Below are positions 52,172 to 64,000 of a stretch of DNA of 64,000 bases, piece after piece. The stretch is from Vicugna vicugna (Eukaryota): NCBI GenBank assembly GCA_013265495.1, contig MU058423.1, positions 1,999,061 through 2,063,060 of the forward strand, written 5' to 3'. The translations under genes and the position numbers were made by a program. Positions within the stretch are counted from its first letter, which is position 1. The number at the start of each line of letters is the position of its first letter. Under the pieces are notes generated by a model, which worked only from the letters and a program-made list of their open reading frames with translations, was not told the DNA's origin and made no database searches.

Positions 52172-52825
52172 TGTTGGGGCACACAGCAGGCAGTGTCATG
52201 GGTGGGAAAAGAATTGACCAAAGACAAAGAAAAGTTTAAGAAACAAAGGAAAAGTTTAATAGATACGCTGTGATAGGCAACATCAGGCCACAAAGACAAC
52301 AGGTGAACATGCAGAGTCTTTTACTGGGGAAGGCGCTGTGAACACAAAGGGGTAGGGGAACAGATTTTGGATTGGCTATCATTGAAGTAAGGGGCTTTGG
52401 TACATGGGAGGATAGTTGAATTTATGATCCCAGTAAGATGGAGACATGGGCTGAGACAAGCAGGGTAGTGGGATTTATGGCTCCGATAAGGAGAAAACGT
52501 GGGCTGAGAGAAGTCAGTCTGAGCTACGGTGAGGCTAGCCATTTCCCAGGGCTACTAATTCAGGGAAGGCAAATACATCAGGAAAAGGTGTACTTTATCT
52601 TCCGAAGAGGAGCGGGCAGATGTCTCTGGGCTGGAAGTTTGGGAGTCGCAGGGCCTCAGCAGGAACCAACTGGCACCTCAAAAGAGACTTTTTCTTTTCC
52701 AATTCATTTGACGAGGAGAATCGGGGGAGCTTTGTACTCAAAGGAGAGGCAAAGCCCAGAGCTCAAGAGATGCTTGCAAAATGGCCTTCTCAGATGAAGA
52801 TGCCACACCTCCTCCTCCTCACTCA
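52172..52825 (-). mobile_element. Probable ERV solo LTR
   Basis: TG...CA ends, near-TSD aaga/aagc, TTTAAT (minus-strand polyA signal) at ~52255 and ATTGG (minus-strand CCAAT) at ~52371 in LTR order. Confidence 0.55.
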
Positions 52826-53763
52826 AAGCTCAGAAGAGTTTGGTTTTGTTTGTAGAAAGGAGCCTTCTGCCTTCCAGAGCCTTGTTCCCCCCAAAGTAGC
52901 CCTCCCCACCAGAAGGGCTGTTTCTTACTCCATGTACAGAACTGGACTTTTAAACCTATCATCCCCCCATAAGAAATCTCCTCCTCTAACTTGTCTCCTT
53001 CATGTAAGGGCCACTTTGAACCCCAGAAACAACTGTGGGCCAGAAGACGGCCTGGGTCAGCATGGCTCGCATATTTCTGGGCATCCGTCTGTCTGTCTGC
53101 GTTATCCAGACATGCTGCTACTTGTCCGTGGTCATCCTTGCTGGACCAAGGGTGCCAAAGTAAATAAAAGTCATTCTATTCTCAACAGCAATCTTAGATG
53201 GCCAAGGAAATGTCAGCTCTGGAAAATAAACAGCCCTAATATTAGCCCAGACGTGTGGACATGTTTCCCCAGCAGGTGTGGGGGGTAAAAAAACCCTTAA
53301 ATCTTACGTATTTTTAAAGCATGCCTCCTGAACCCAAATCTCCCAAGATGTAACTCTTATCCAAGGGATGAGCCAGCATCCAGCCCTCAGTTCCTTGGCT
53401 TCAGGGTAGCCAGCTGTCCCCAGAACTGGCTGAGCAGCCCACATCTCCTAACCCCATATGTCCCCTCCGCCACCAGGCAGGCAGCAACTCTAGGGTCACA
53501 GCATATGGCCACTCCCTCCATCGTAGACAAATGTGCAAATGACAGATGCAGACAGGTCACTATGCGGCCCCAGGATGACACGCTGTCACCAGTGAGCACT
53601 GGCCGCATACAGCAGCAGTCACCCACAGTAAGTCATGAAGCCTGCTGTACCCAGGCCTCTGTTATTGGCGCAGGGGCTCCACGGAGGCTCATAGTCTGGT
53701 GCTCACAGGTTTGACAGTCTTGTTGGAGAGACAGGACATCCTCATTAGAATAAGTGCTGATAG

Positions 53764-54391
53764 TGAGACGGGGAAGGGGGCAGGGCACAGCCATTCAAGG
53801 AATAACACTGTAATTATCACCAGAATAGGGAAAGATTCAACCCCCAGTAGGTCTTAAGGCTCAAGATGGGGGCAGATTTGACTTCTAGCAGAACTTGAGC
53901 TTCATTATATGCTCATTGTAATATACTAACATGGTAAGTAACATGCCACAGGTGCCATGACGGTCCCATGGCTAGCCACAAAAGGTCAAAGAGTGGGAAA
54001 TGGCCAACTTCCTGGGAATCCCAGCCCCTTCCCCAGGCTAGTTAAACTGGTCCTTCCACTTATTAGCATACGAAGCCACCAAGCCCATAAAAACTGGCGA
54101 CATGGAGCTGCCTCTTTCTCCCTCCTCTTCAGAGACAGCCCGCACTCTGTCTATGGAGCGTGTACCTACTTTTACTCTAATCTGAGCACCCAACTCCCAC
54201 ACCTCATGGCCTTTCTCTTGCCTTTTGATGTATCTCTCTAAATAAATCTACCTTTACTCAATTGTGGCTCGCTCTTGAATTCTTTCCTGCGCGAAGCCAA
54301 AGACCCACACATGGTGGGTCACGTCCCACGGGCTCTACTGAGACGTGGGACACGGCCCTCCTCACGCCCCACACCCTTTTTCCCTGCATCA
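53764..54391 (+). mobile_element. MER41-like ERV1 solo LTR (copy 2)
   Basis: 'caagatgg..cattatatgctcattgtaat..gccatgac..ttagcata..cataaaaa..ctctgtctatggag..aataaa..gaattctttcctgcgcgaagccaaagaccc' follows MER41 block order; no clean TSD. Confidence 0.85.
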
Positions 54392-54519
54392 ACATCAATG
54401 ACTACACAGAGTTTTGTGTGTGCCTGACTTGAACTCCTCTGCTGTCGAGTGAATGAATAACCAGTGTGTTTCTGTCTTTGTAACATCACCCCAGGTACCT
54501 CTTTTTCTTCCAGTTAATA

Positions 54520-55430
54520 ATGATTATTATTAAGAATTAAATAATAAAGCATTTTTTACAGAAGTAATTTACTCTTCTCTCACACATCTTCCCTTTAGTG
54601 GTTCAAAAATAGTCCTTACTCCTGTATTTCTAGTATTTAACCAAAATCTAGCAAATTCCATTAACTGAAATGTTAGAACTCTCTATAATTTTTAATCAAA
54701 CATAAAGCAAACTTCCTTGTAAGGAGTATTTTGCCTTAATATTTATTTCTTAAAATTTTCAGCAGTGTTTTCTATGCATCTTTCAAAAATGCCTGCTGAT
54801 ACGAGGTCGCATTTTTTGTTACCATAGTATTTTTTTGTGCATTATTTCAGCCATTTTTCATGGTAGAAAAAGCAAGGGTTTCCCTATGGGCACATGGATT
54901 TTTGTGCTTTGCAATTACTAAGAAAGACCGAAAGACTCATGTATGTTTATCATTACATTTAATAAATAAAATTTTGTTAAATACTGGGTTAAGTATTGTA
55001 ATAACTTTGAACATCAGTGAAATAATTGAGGAAGTTCATGTTCATGGTCTAGATGCTTAATTTTTATATATTTTACTAATCGGAAAGCTTTCTGCTATCG
55101 TTAGCTAGTATCTCAGAGCAAAAACTCTTAGGTCAGTAACCTCATTAACAACAATAAATGTCAACCCTATTTCAAGGACTTACTGTTTCAGAGCCAATTA
55201 GATTGCTGTTGCTTTTCCTTAGAGCTAATAAAGAGCTTAACCAAGAGGAGGAGAAAGGCCATTCTTATTTCTTATGTTTGCATTATTGATAATGTCTCTA
55301 ATTCAGGTTTCTTTGCAGGTATCTTTTAAAACATTTGCTTATTTTGTGAAGATTGTATAGCTACGTAGCAGGCAGTCAAAAAGATGGTGGTTGAACTGAG
55401 AAAAATCTAATAGAAGATACAGTCATCATT
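54520..55430 (+). mobile_element. Decayed hAT (Tip100/Zaphod-like) transposase fragment
   Basis: AT-rich; broken translations in hAT motif order: SHIFPLVVQ (~54580; cf. HxLNLVV), LYNF (~54682), KMPADTRS (54786-54809; cf. TRW), VS*YLRAKTL (~55100; cf. SxYLQxKxL). Confidence 0.45.
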
Positions 55431-55859
55431 TCTTCCCTACAAAGACCTTTCAGATCCTGAAGGGTTGAGATTTATGCTCCTCGGGGCCGTCAGTGGGAGC
55501 AGTCTTACGCCCTCCGTGGTTTGAAACAGGGAGGGAGATTGTATCCCTGGGTTTGGGAGGATCAAGTTTTTAATTCTCAGGGACTTTTCAGCCAAGAAGT
55601 CTTTTCCTGGATGCCATATTCTCTCTCGGGAGGAGTAAAAAAGCATGGGACTTCATTCTTCACTTTCCCCCAGAGTGATACAGGCAGGTGAACCACGGAG
55701 GAGCTCGGCCGAGGCTGAGACACATGCCCAGGCCCGCTGAAAAATTCAGCCGCAGTTTTTGTCCTTGATCAATGGGGTGATCTGATCCAAGCTAACCCTG
55801 TCCTAACCCCAGAAGAAGGGAGCCTAGGGGTGGAACCAAGACAGCAACTGCAGATTGGT

Positions 55860-56400
55860 TGGTGCAGCTGTGAACACAAAAAAGACACAGCCCTCTGGTA
55901 AACTTTAAGTGTCAGTTATGATGACATTTGCCTTTCCATATGTAATGGAAACCACTCTGGCTTACCCAGATGGGGCTTTTATTTTTGTCATACAACAAGA
56001 AGTCAGGAGGTAGGTAGCCCAGGGGGTTTTTTCAAGAAAGTCCCGAAGGACCTCAGAGCATGTCAGCTTCCTGCTCTGTCATCCGAGCAGAGGCTTTTTC
56101 TCAGGGTCCTTAGGTGGCTTCTCCATGTCCAGGCACCTCCTCATTCCAGGCAGGAAGCAGGGGCAGGGTGAGGCCCAAATGCAGTCTTCTCCTCGTGGGC
56201 CTTTGCCTTTTATTAAGGGATGGACAGCCTTCCCAGAGATGTTTACCTGTATTTTATTATCTGTCTCTGTGTAAATCTGCAAGTGACCCTGAGAGAGTTG
56301 ATATTTCAACTGAGCACATCACTGCCCCCAATGAAACTGGCGTTCATTCAGTAAAGATTGAGGGGAGGATGGATTCTAGATAAACTAGGAATGTCTAGGC
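55860..56400 (-). mobile_element. Old MaLR LTR (MLT1K-like)
   Basis: 'caagaagtcagggaggtagg...attccaggcaggaagcaggggcagg...gagcacatcactgcccccaatgaaactggcgttcattcagtaag'. Confidence 0.55.
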
Positions 56401-56472
56401 TATCTCATGAGTGAACCGCCCATCTTCAGTTCCCCATTGAATAGACTGACCTTTGCTCTTCCACAGTCCCCT

Positions 56473-57019
56473 TGTTGCAGGAGAAAGGGGCATGAGAGGA
56501 TGGTCCTGTCCCAGATCTGCAGCAGGTCCCTGGGACAGGCCACCATGTGAGGGTCTTTGGCTTTGCACAGGAAAGAACTGAAGAGCAAGCTGAAGTAGAG
56601 TGAAAGTAGATTTATTCAGGGAGATGCACACTCCATAGACAGAGCGTGGGTCATCTCCAAAGGCAAGAGAGGCCTCGGGGGACGGTGTTGTTAGTTTTTA
56701 TGGGCTGGGTGATTTCATATGCTAACAAGTGGGAAGATTATTCCAATTATTTCGGGGAAGGGGCAGAGATTTCCAGGAATCGGGCTACCACTCACTTTTT
56801 GGTCTTTTCTGGTCAGCCTCAGAACTGTCCTGGCGCCTGTGGGTGTGCTGTCTAGCATGCTAATGAATTACAATGAGTGTGTAATGAAGCTCAGGGTCTA
56901 CTGGAAGTTGAATCTTTGGCCACCTTGGGCCTAGTTGGTTCTAATCAGTTTTTGTCATACCCTCAGTGGCTGTGTCATTCTTTCAATGGTTGTACCCTGC
57001 CCCCTTCCCTCCTATCTCA
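56473..57019 (-). mobile_element. MER41-like ERV1 solo LTR (copy 3)
   Basis: TGT..TCA ends, perfect 4-bp TSD ccct (56469-56472 / 57020-57023), colinear with copies 1 and 2. Confidence 0.88.
56751..56779. promoter_or_regulatory. Tandem GAS (STAT) motifs in MER41-like LTR
   Basis: TTCGGGGAA (56751-56759) and TTCCAGGAA (56771-56779), both TTC-N3-GAA; function untested. Confidence 0.5.
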
Positions 57020-57660
57020 CCCTCTCAAAAACCTTTTCATCATGCCTTGGACAATGTATTACTTACAAATATTGTCAAGAAGCACCACACGGGGAGACAG
57101 TCTTGCAGTGGGCTCCCTGTGTGCCCAGTCATGCGCCTGTGTTGGCCCATGAGTCACTCCTGAAATATTTCCATGGGGGTGGCAGGAGGTAAGATGCCTG
57201 GGCCCAGGTTTTGGTTTACTGTGGGACTCCTCCATGTCCTTGACCTACCTTATAAGTTCTTGAGGAGGACAGTTCCAATTCGTAAATAACCGGAGCCATC
57301 TGTGAGAGGCTGGGCAAAGGCTGAGCCTTGCTGGCAGACCCACGACATCCATCCCTGCTGTTAGTGGACTCCAGGCAGGCGTGCAGCCCAGCAGTCCCAG
57401 AGGGCATTAGATTTCAGCGTCCAGGAGACTGTGTGGGAGGCACTCCCAGACAAGAGGAGCTGGAGGCTGGCAGTGGGGGAGGCTCAGAGCTTGGGGACTA
57501 GCTTCGCGTAAAACTATGATTTTCTCTAGCTCCTTGGTGGAGTTGTCATTTCTACTCTAAGCACGTTCCAAAGGTGAAATCTACAAGGTCTGTAGATTTT
57601 GCTCTAACTGAATGGGACCTGATATTAAGTTTGTTCAAACATTGTTTTAAGAATTTTTGT

Positions 57661-57990
57661 AAACAAAAACAAACAAACAAAAACAAAGCATAAATACAGG
57701 ACAGAAATAGACTCATGGACAGAGAATACAGACTTGTGGTTACCGGGGGGGTGGAGGGTGGGAAGGGGTAGACTGGGAGTTCAAAATTATAGAATAGATA
57801 AACAAGATTACACTGTATAGCACAGGGAAATATACACAAAATGTTATGATAAATCACAGAGAAAAAAATGTGACAATGAGTGTGTATATGTCCATGAGTG
57901 ACTGAAAAATTTTGCTGAACACTGGAATTTGACACAACATTGTAAAATGATTATAAATCAATAAAAAATGTTAAAATGTTAAAAAAAAAA
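57661..57990 (+). mobile_element. Young L1 3'UTR insertion
   Basis: Near-identical to 48170-48498; perfect 12-bp TSD aagaatttttgt (57649-57660 / 57991-58002) at a TT|AAGA L1 endonuclease-type site. Confidence 0.97.
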
Positions 57991-58309
57991 AAGAATTTTT
58001 GTGCCAGCCTCATGAAAGTAGCATAACATAGGTGACTCTGAGTAGGGCTAATAATCACCTGTATGGATGGTTTAGAAGAGGGATGGATCAGTAATTTTTT
58101 TTCTCATTGTCAAATAAATACATACAAACTGTTAAAAATTTAGAAAGTACAGAAAAGTTTTAAGAAGCAGGAAACAAAAGCCCTTCATAAATCTTAGGAC
58201 CCATATGTAGCATGTATACACACACACACACATATATACATGTATATCTATGTATCTGTATGTGTGTGTGTGTAAAGTATCCCCATACAGTGCCTAGAAA
58301 AATTCTGTT

Positions 58310-58803
58310 TATGGCAGAAATTACTGGTTGCTCCCAATATCCTTCTCTCATTCTTCATTCCTACCATAACCCCAATGTTATTTAGGATAGCAATGTGCCC
58401 AGGTAAAAGATGATATTTCTTAACCCCTCTTGCAATTAGCAAGTGCTAGTGGGTTATAAGGGGAACTTAGATGGGCTTTTAGGAAGACTCTTAAAGGAGA
58501 GAGGGGGCCAGACACGGTATGCTCACATGCCATTTTGTTCTTTTCTTGTCCACCTTTCCTGCCTGGAATGTGGACATGATGGCTGGAACTCCAGCAACTA
58601 TATTGGGTATTTTAGGATTGAACTGTGTGCTAACAACAGTGATCCAGAAAGCCAGAAGGAACGTGCCTTGTCAAGCTGTCATACAGCCCTAGAATACCTG
58701 CCTCTGGACTCCTTTAATGAAAGAAAAGAAACGCCTAGTTTGTTTAAGTCACTGTGGTCATGTCTCTGTTGACAACAACTGAAAGAAATTCTTAGCTGAT
58801 TCA
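58310..58803 (+). mobile_element. Old MaLR LTR (MLT1J-like)
   Basis: 'tggcagaaattactggttgctcccaatatcc...tgtgcccaggtaaaag...cccctcttgcaattag...gatggctggaactccagcaac...tgtttaagtcactg'. Confidence 0.6.
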
Positions 58804-61534
58804 GTGTCTGACACAGAGCAAGTGTCCATTAAAAGCTTGGGACAGCACATTCCTCTGGAAAGAGCTTTTAGTGATGAGAAGAAAAGTGCGCAAAAGAATC
58901 CTGGCCCTGCTCTACCACCAGCTCCCTGGATGACGAAGTTTCATGCTGTCACTGGGCCTCAGTTTATTTTTTGTGAATTTTGAAGGTCAGGCTTAATGCT
59001 CTCTAAGAACTTCTTTGGGCTCTTATCTTTCTGATTCTGGAGAAGACAGAAGTGGGTGCTCTTCTGGTTCTACCTCTTACAGCTTTGTAACTGTAAGTGG
59101 GTCACCTAAGCCACTTGGAGCCTCAGATTTTTCATCGTGGTTGCCTAGCATATTAGGTATGCAGGAAATGTTAGTTGAGTGAATGAGGAAAGTGGGGATC
59201 ATACTGCTTGTCTTGGCTACCTCCATGCATGATTTCAAGGATAAAATAAGATAATCCTACACAGTGCCAACCAGAAGAGTGAGTTACTATAATTCAACTG
59301 GCTCCAGGACTGGGTTGACCTGGCCTCCCTCAGCCCCACTCAGAGCTTATGTCCTAGGTATTTGCCAGGACTGGCTTCCACTACAAAATGACCCTGCCAC
59401 CTTCCTCTGCAAACAGCTTCCAGACTGCTTTTCAGATGGCCAAAGTCTTTGGGCAAAGAAACAGAGAGAGAACTAGACCAGCCTTATGGCAGGTGTGAGG
59501 GAGAAATAGAATCAATATCAATCCGTCCCTGAACAAACTTCCAGACACAGCATCCTCCATCTCCTGGCTGACCCCTTCTAAGGATACCAGGGACTCTGTT
59601 GTCATTTGCCTCCAGGAGAGGAAGCTGTGGCCATCCAAGGAGCTCCTCGATTCCCATTGGCCCAGAGCTCTACCTGTGCTGCTATTTCCCGACAGGAAGT
59701 TCAATTGCCCTGGCACTCAATCTCCATGGCAACCCTTGCTTTTGAGACACTGAATGGAAACTGCTGGTGTGGGGAGGCCAGTAACAGAATACTGATTTGC
59801 CAGGGTGTCTGCAACAACGACTGCATCTCAATACCTTTCCAGATTACCAAAGAGCTAAAAATACACCCAGATCTGTCTAGGGCACTCCAGCCAGGCTGAG
59901 CATCTGAAAGTGCATCTGTGCTGACTCTGACCTGCTAATATTAGTTGTCTTCGGTAACTTGGGCTTGAGGAAACACGGAGTGGAGAGTTGAATGCAAAAT
60001 TGCAGAGCACAGGTCTAGGGGGTGGGTATGTTGGAGAGGAGAAAGTGGAGAAGTGAGGAAGATCTCCTGAGAGGAAACCAAGGGGTTGTGGGGGGATAGC
60101 CAGCAGAGCACATTGAATCCTAATTCTCTGCAGGGCGCCAGTAAGCTTGCTGGTCGGACTAAGATGATTCAGGCATTTGTTCATCTATTCATGCAACAAA
60201 CATACATTAAGTCAGACTCTGTTCCAGACTCTGTGCCAGGTACTGGGCTTAGCAGTGTGATGAAGCGTGCATAGTTCCCTGCTTTTAGCAGAATTTACAG
60301 AATGTTTGAAATTGAGGTTATCCTGGGAAGTGCAGACATACTGTGTGTGCACCTAGATGTCTTCTCTGCTATGCAGTGGGCTTCTTCAACTTGAAGATTA
60401 TTTTGTATGTAACCTTGGCCATGTTTCCAGCATATAGCAGATGGTGAGCTGATACTGAATCGAATATAATGGGGTGGAATGTAATGGCGTTGCTGTGGCC
60501 GCTGTGGCCCGTTCTACCTGGTGCAGCAGCCCTCTTTGTGAGCCCCGCCGAGGCTCAGACCAGCTCTGCAGTGTGTGCTCAGGCTCTGAGGTACTGTACT
60601 GGGATAGATGAGATGAGCACACCACTGCCACCTGCTAAGGGAGCTCAGTGTTAAGTGACAGGTGGAATTAATTCCTAGTCTCCTTGGCAGGATCTAGAGA
60701 CAGTCCTCCCCTCACCCCATTTCTTTCCCGTAATCACTGCACATGTCATTCAATTAATTCTGCATTTCCCAGAGTAGGAAGCTGTGTAGAGTTTAGAGCA
60801 AGCAGTTCATGCCAGGGCTGCTCTCAAAAAGCAGATGTCACACTCCCAGCCCCAGTCCCAGCTCCAACCCTGGCCTCCTCCGCAAGGCAAGTAAGTCACA
60901 GATGGAGAAATAGAAAGTGACCACGACCTTTGGGGGCTGTTCTTGGTTACACAGTAGGTGCTATGCGGTCACATGAGGAGGCCACAAATGATGCACCAGA
61001 TCATGTGAGTGAGGATGTCGCCGTGATCCTGAGCCTAGAGGGTCAGGTCTTGCAGCTGACTGGCTGGCTTGGAGGAGAGAGAAGGGGCTGGGCTCCTGGA
61101 TGCTCCCCAAATCCTTTGGGCTGCATGGCTGAGAACAAGAATTGTTCCATGAAACCTAATTCTGTTTGGACAAAGCAGCTCTAGATTTACCCTATGGGAG
61201 CATCCATTGCCCAAGGGATGCAGCTCTGATTTTGGTTCCATCCTACAACTCTGTGGGCAAAGCTGCAATGGCGTCTCCTTCTGCCTTGATTATTCCCTCT
61301 TTTGTGTGAGGCAGTAGCAGGTCTTGGATGGTTTTCCTTCCCCTCCTGCTGGAGGAAGGGTCCTGTGGCTACCTGGGGACTGGTCTGTAGGTGATCACCT
61401 GCATCCACAAGGCCATGGAGTGGGGCAGGGACTCTGTAGACCCAGATCCAGCTCAGAACCCTGGGGATGACTGGAGGGGTCCTCTCCTGGGCCAGGACCT
61501 CAGCCCTGCCAGGTGCTGGACTCTTCCAGTGCTT

Positions 61535-62128
61535 TGTTGCCGAAAGATTGGCCCCTATTCCTGACAAGCCAAATAACTCAGAGACAGGGTCTTGGAGCAT
61601 AGGAAAAAAGAGGCAGCTTTATTGCTTTGCCAGAACTCACAGCAGGCTAGGGCCTTCAGAACTGTGAACCCATCTTCAGGATGGGGCGGTGTGATTATAC
61701 AGCCATAGCTTAAACAGTAAAGTATCTGTGACAATCAACAGAATTATTTTCTGCCCATAAGACTCAGAGTGGTGTCATGGTGCCTCCAGGTGACCAAGTC
61801 TGTAGAGACTATTGGTTGTCAGTCTTTTGATCTCTTTATCTTATAAGTGCCCAAGGCATGGTCTTCTTGATAATTCAGGCTATTTTGTAAGGTTATGATC
61901 CTGTGAACTTCTCCCTGGAGATCGACTCAGAGACAACGCATGATTATTACTTTCGATTACTGGAATAAAGTAGAAACAGTAAAATTAATAGCTTTAGTTT
62001 TAACAACGGGCCTGGAGCTGTGAGTAGCAACCGGTCAGTCAGTTTAGTTGACCATTTTAAGGGCAAGCTTAAAGGTGAGAATCGGTTAGCCTAAGTGTGG
62101 CCATTTTGCTGTTCGTCCTTTAGCTTCA
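61535..62128 (-). mobile_element. ERV1-class solo LTR
   Basis: TGTTG...TTCA ends, TTTATT (minus-strand polyA signal) at ~61618, 'gccattttg' near the element 5' end; no clean TSD. Confidence 0.65.
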
Positions 62129-64000
62129 CCTGAGATGCTTCTTACCAACCACCTGGACTCCCTGACTCAAGCTGCCCTAAGAGCCAGTCTGATGACACCT
62201 TCAACAAGACCCCCGTGGGACCCCTCTCATGGCTGGGGTCCTGAGGTGGAGGAAGAAGCAATGGAGAGAACTCAGCTAACCAGGGATAACATTCCATGAA
62301 ACAGCTGATCCTTTGTCTGCAGCCAGGGCGGAGGAAAGAGCCCTACACACAAGGGATTAGAAAATCTGGGGCCCCATCCTACTCTCAGCTAACCAGCTAG
62401 TCCCCTTAGCTATGGCTAGCCCCTCAGAACCTATGCAACCCCCTCACAAGATTCTCAAGAAGATTCATCAAGGCAATGGATATTCAAATGCTTCGAACAA
62501 TAACACAATAAAATGTGTGTGGAATTTATTCAACACCTGCTTTGTAGTTGGCCCAATGTTGGATACAGCAGGGGTGACCTCCACTCTCAGGAAGCTTGTA
62601 TAATCTAGAGCTGACATCTCAGGGCTGTAAGCAACATGACATCGCAGATGACTGATTGTTGCTCTTTAGGGAAGGCAAGTAGGGGCAGGCACAAAGCCCA
62701 CACATGTGAAGTAAGCCGAGACTATAATGAAGTGCCCTTATGTTTACTGAAAGCAATGGGAGATTGGGAAGGAGAGAAAGGGGCAGATGGACATGGCCCA
62801 AAGTGTCAGGGAAGGCTGCGTGGAGAAGCCCATTGGAAATGGGACTATGAAGGTACTCCATGTTGGCTTCAAAGAGTCGGCTGAGAGGATGCGGGTGGGA
62901 GAAGGGTCCGAGGATGGAGGGACCAAGTGAGCGAAGGTGTGGACACTGTCAGGGAAGACAGCCTGCCCAGCAGGGAGGCAGGGCTGCAAAGACTGGGCTT
63001 TGGCTCTGATGTCAGGTCTGTCAGTCAGCGGCTGTTTGCCTTGGATGAGCTTAATTAGCCTGAGCCTCAGTTTCGTCACTTATGAAACGTTGATAATGAT
63101 AGCTGCCTGAAATGACCAGTGTGAGGAGCATATTAGGTCCAGGCCATGGTTCTGCAGCTCACTAGCTGCCTGACCCACACAAGATCACTTCCCTGATCCT
63201 CAGATTCCTCATCTTTCGAGAGGGGAATCTCAACTCCTCCAAAGGTGGTGTTAGGACTGAAGGAGCTAATGTTGTGAAACACTTGGCAGAGGAGATGCCC
63301 AGTGAACGTGATAATATCCCAGACCCACTCCAGGGAGGGGAGCCATTGGGAAGATTTTTGAGTAGAGGGTGAGTTTGAGCTGAGCCCTCTGCCCTCTCCC
63401 CTGTGACCCAGGGAGAGCATCTCTGAGCACTTTGCTCTGCGCATCGAAGAGGGAGAGCCCAGTGGGGAGCAAAGCCTCTCTCCATCCCCTCCCAGGCTTA
63501 AGCCAGTGAGTTAACCAGGCCAGCCACAGCCCTACAGGGTGGACTTTCATCCCCTGAACCCAAATGACCAATTTAACCACTGTAACCGAGGCAGCAAAGA
63601 AATTCAGAGCGGGCTGTCCTCTGGCAGTCACTGTTGGATTGTGAACCTAATTTCTTTGTTGAAAGAACAAAAAATCATTTTGGTGGATTTATTTTCTTGC
63701 AGGCACACTGAATCACAGAACCTGGAGAGCCTTTCCCAGCCATGAAGCCTCTGATCTCCCCAAGCACCTCTGCTGAGCCTTGGGAAAGGCAACGCACTCC
63801 AGCTGTCAGGGCCATTGGGCTCTGGGCACATGGACCAAGTGTGGGGGTGGGTGCGGTGGGCTGCACGGGCCTCAGGGGACGCAGAGCCTACCCCCACCCG
63901 CCGCTCCTTCCTGTGGCCTGTCCTCAGAGTGCTACCCAGGGCAGTGGACAGCTCACCATCGTGGGCTTGGTCTCAAAGTCCCCCTAATGGGGGGCCCCCC

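Noticed and set aside
52620..53288. 222-aa ORF
   Set aside because: Begins inside a probable LTR, has no recognisable domain and a composition typical of random non-coding translation
32546..57019. Same-orientation MER41-like LTRs as the two ends of one provirus
   Set aside because: 24 kb apart, different target-site flanks, and no gag/pol/env or primer-binding site between them
60455..60500. GAATG-like pentamer run resembling satellite DNA
   Set aside because: Too short and degenerate; low-complexity relic

Overview
Mammalian genomic DNA that appears intergenic or deep-intronic. I can support no host protein-coding exon, RNA gene or CRISPR array. It is probably a camelid (inference): it carries tRNA-Ala(AGC)-derived SINEs of the camelid type and artiodactyl-type L1 3' ends, and I saw no ruminant, pig or primate SINEs. 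A large fraction is transposable-element debris: about nine 5'-truncated L1s (several with readable target-site duplications, one retaining an open ORF2 C-terminus), more than 15 solo LTRs (MaLR, ERVL, ERV1), hAT and Tigger DNA elements, and many MIR/L2/CR1 relics. Nearly all ORFs in the track are spurious; only the L1 ORF2 fragments are real coding remnants. The most notable signals are: three MER41-like solo LTRs within 25 kb, with graded retention of the tandem STAT/GAS motif pair; an AT-rich, decayed hAT transposase-like fossil; two multi-layer nested insertions; and several repeat-free stretches with clustered homeodomain and other TF motifs that look like enhancers. Repeat family names come from recalled consensus similarity, not a database search. 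I do not see convincing evidence of a wholly new biological system.
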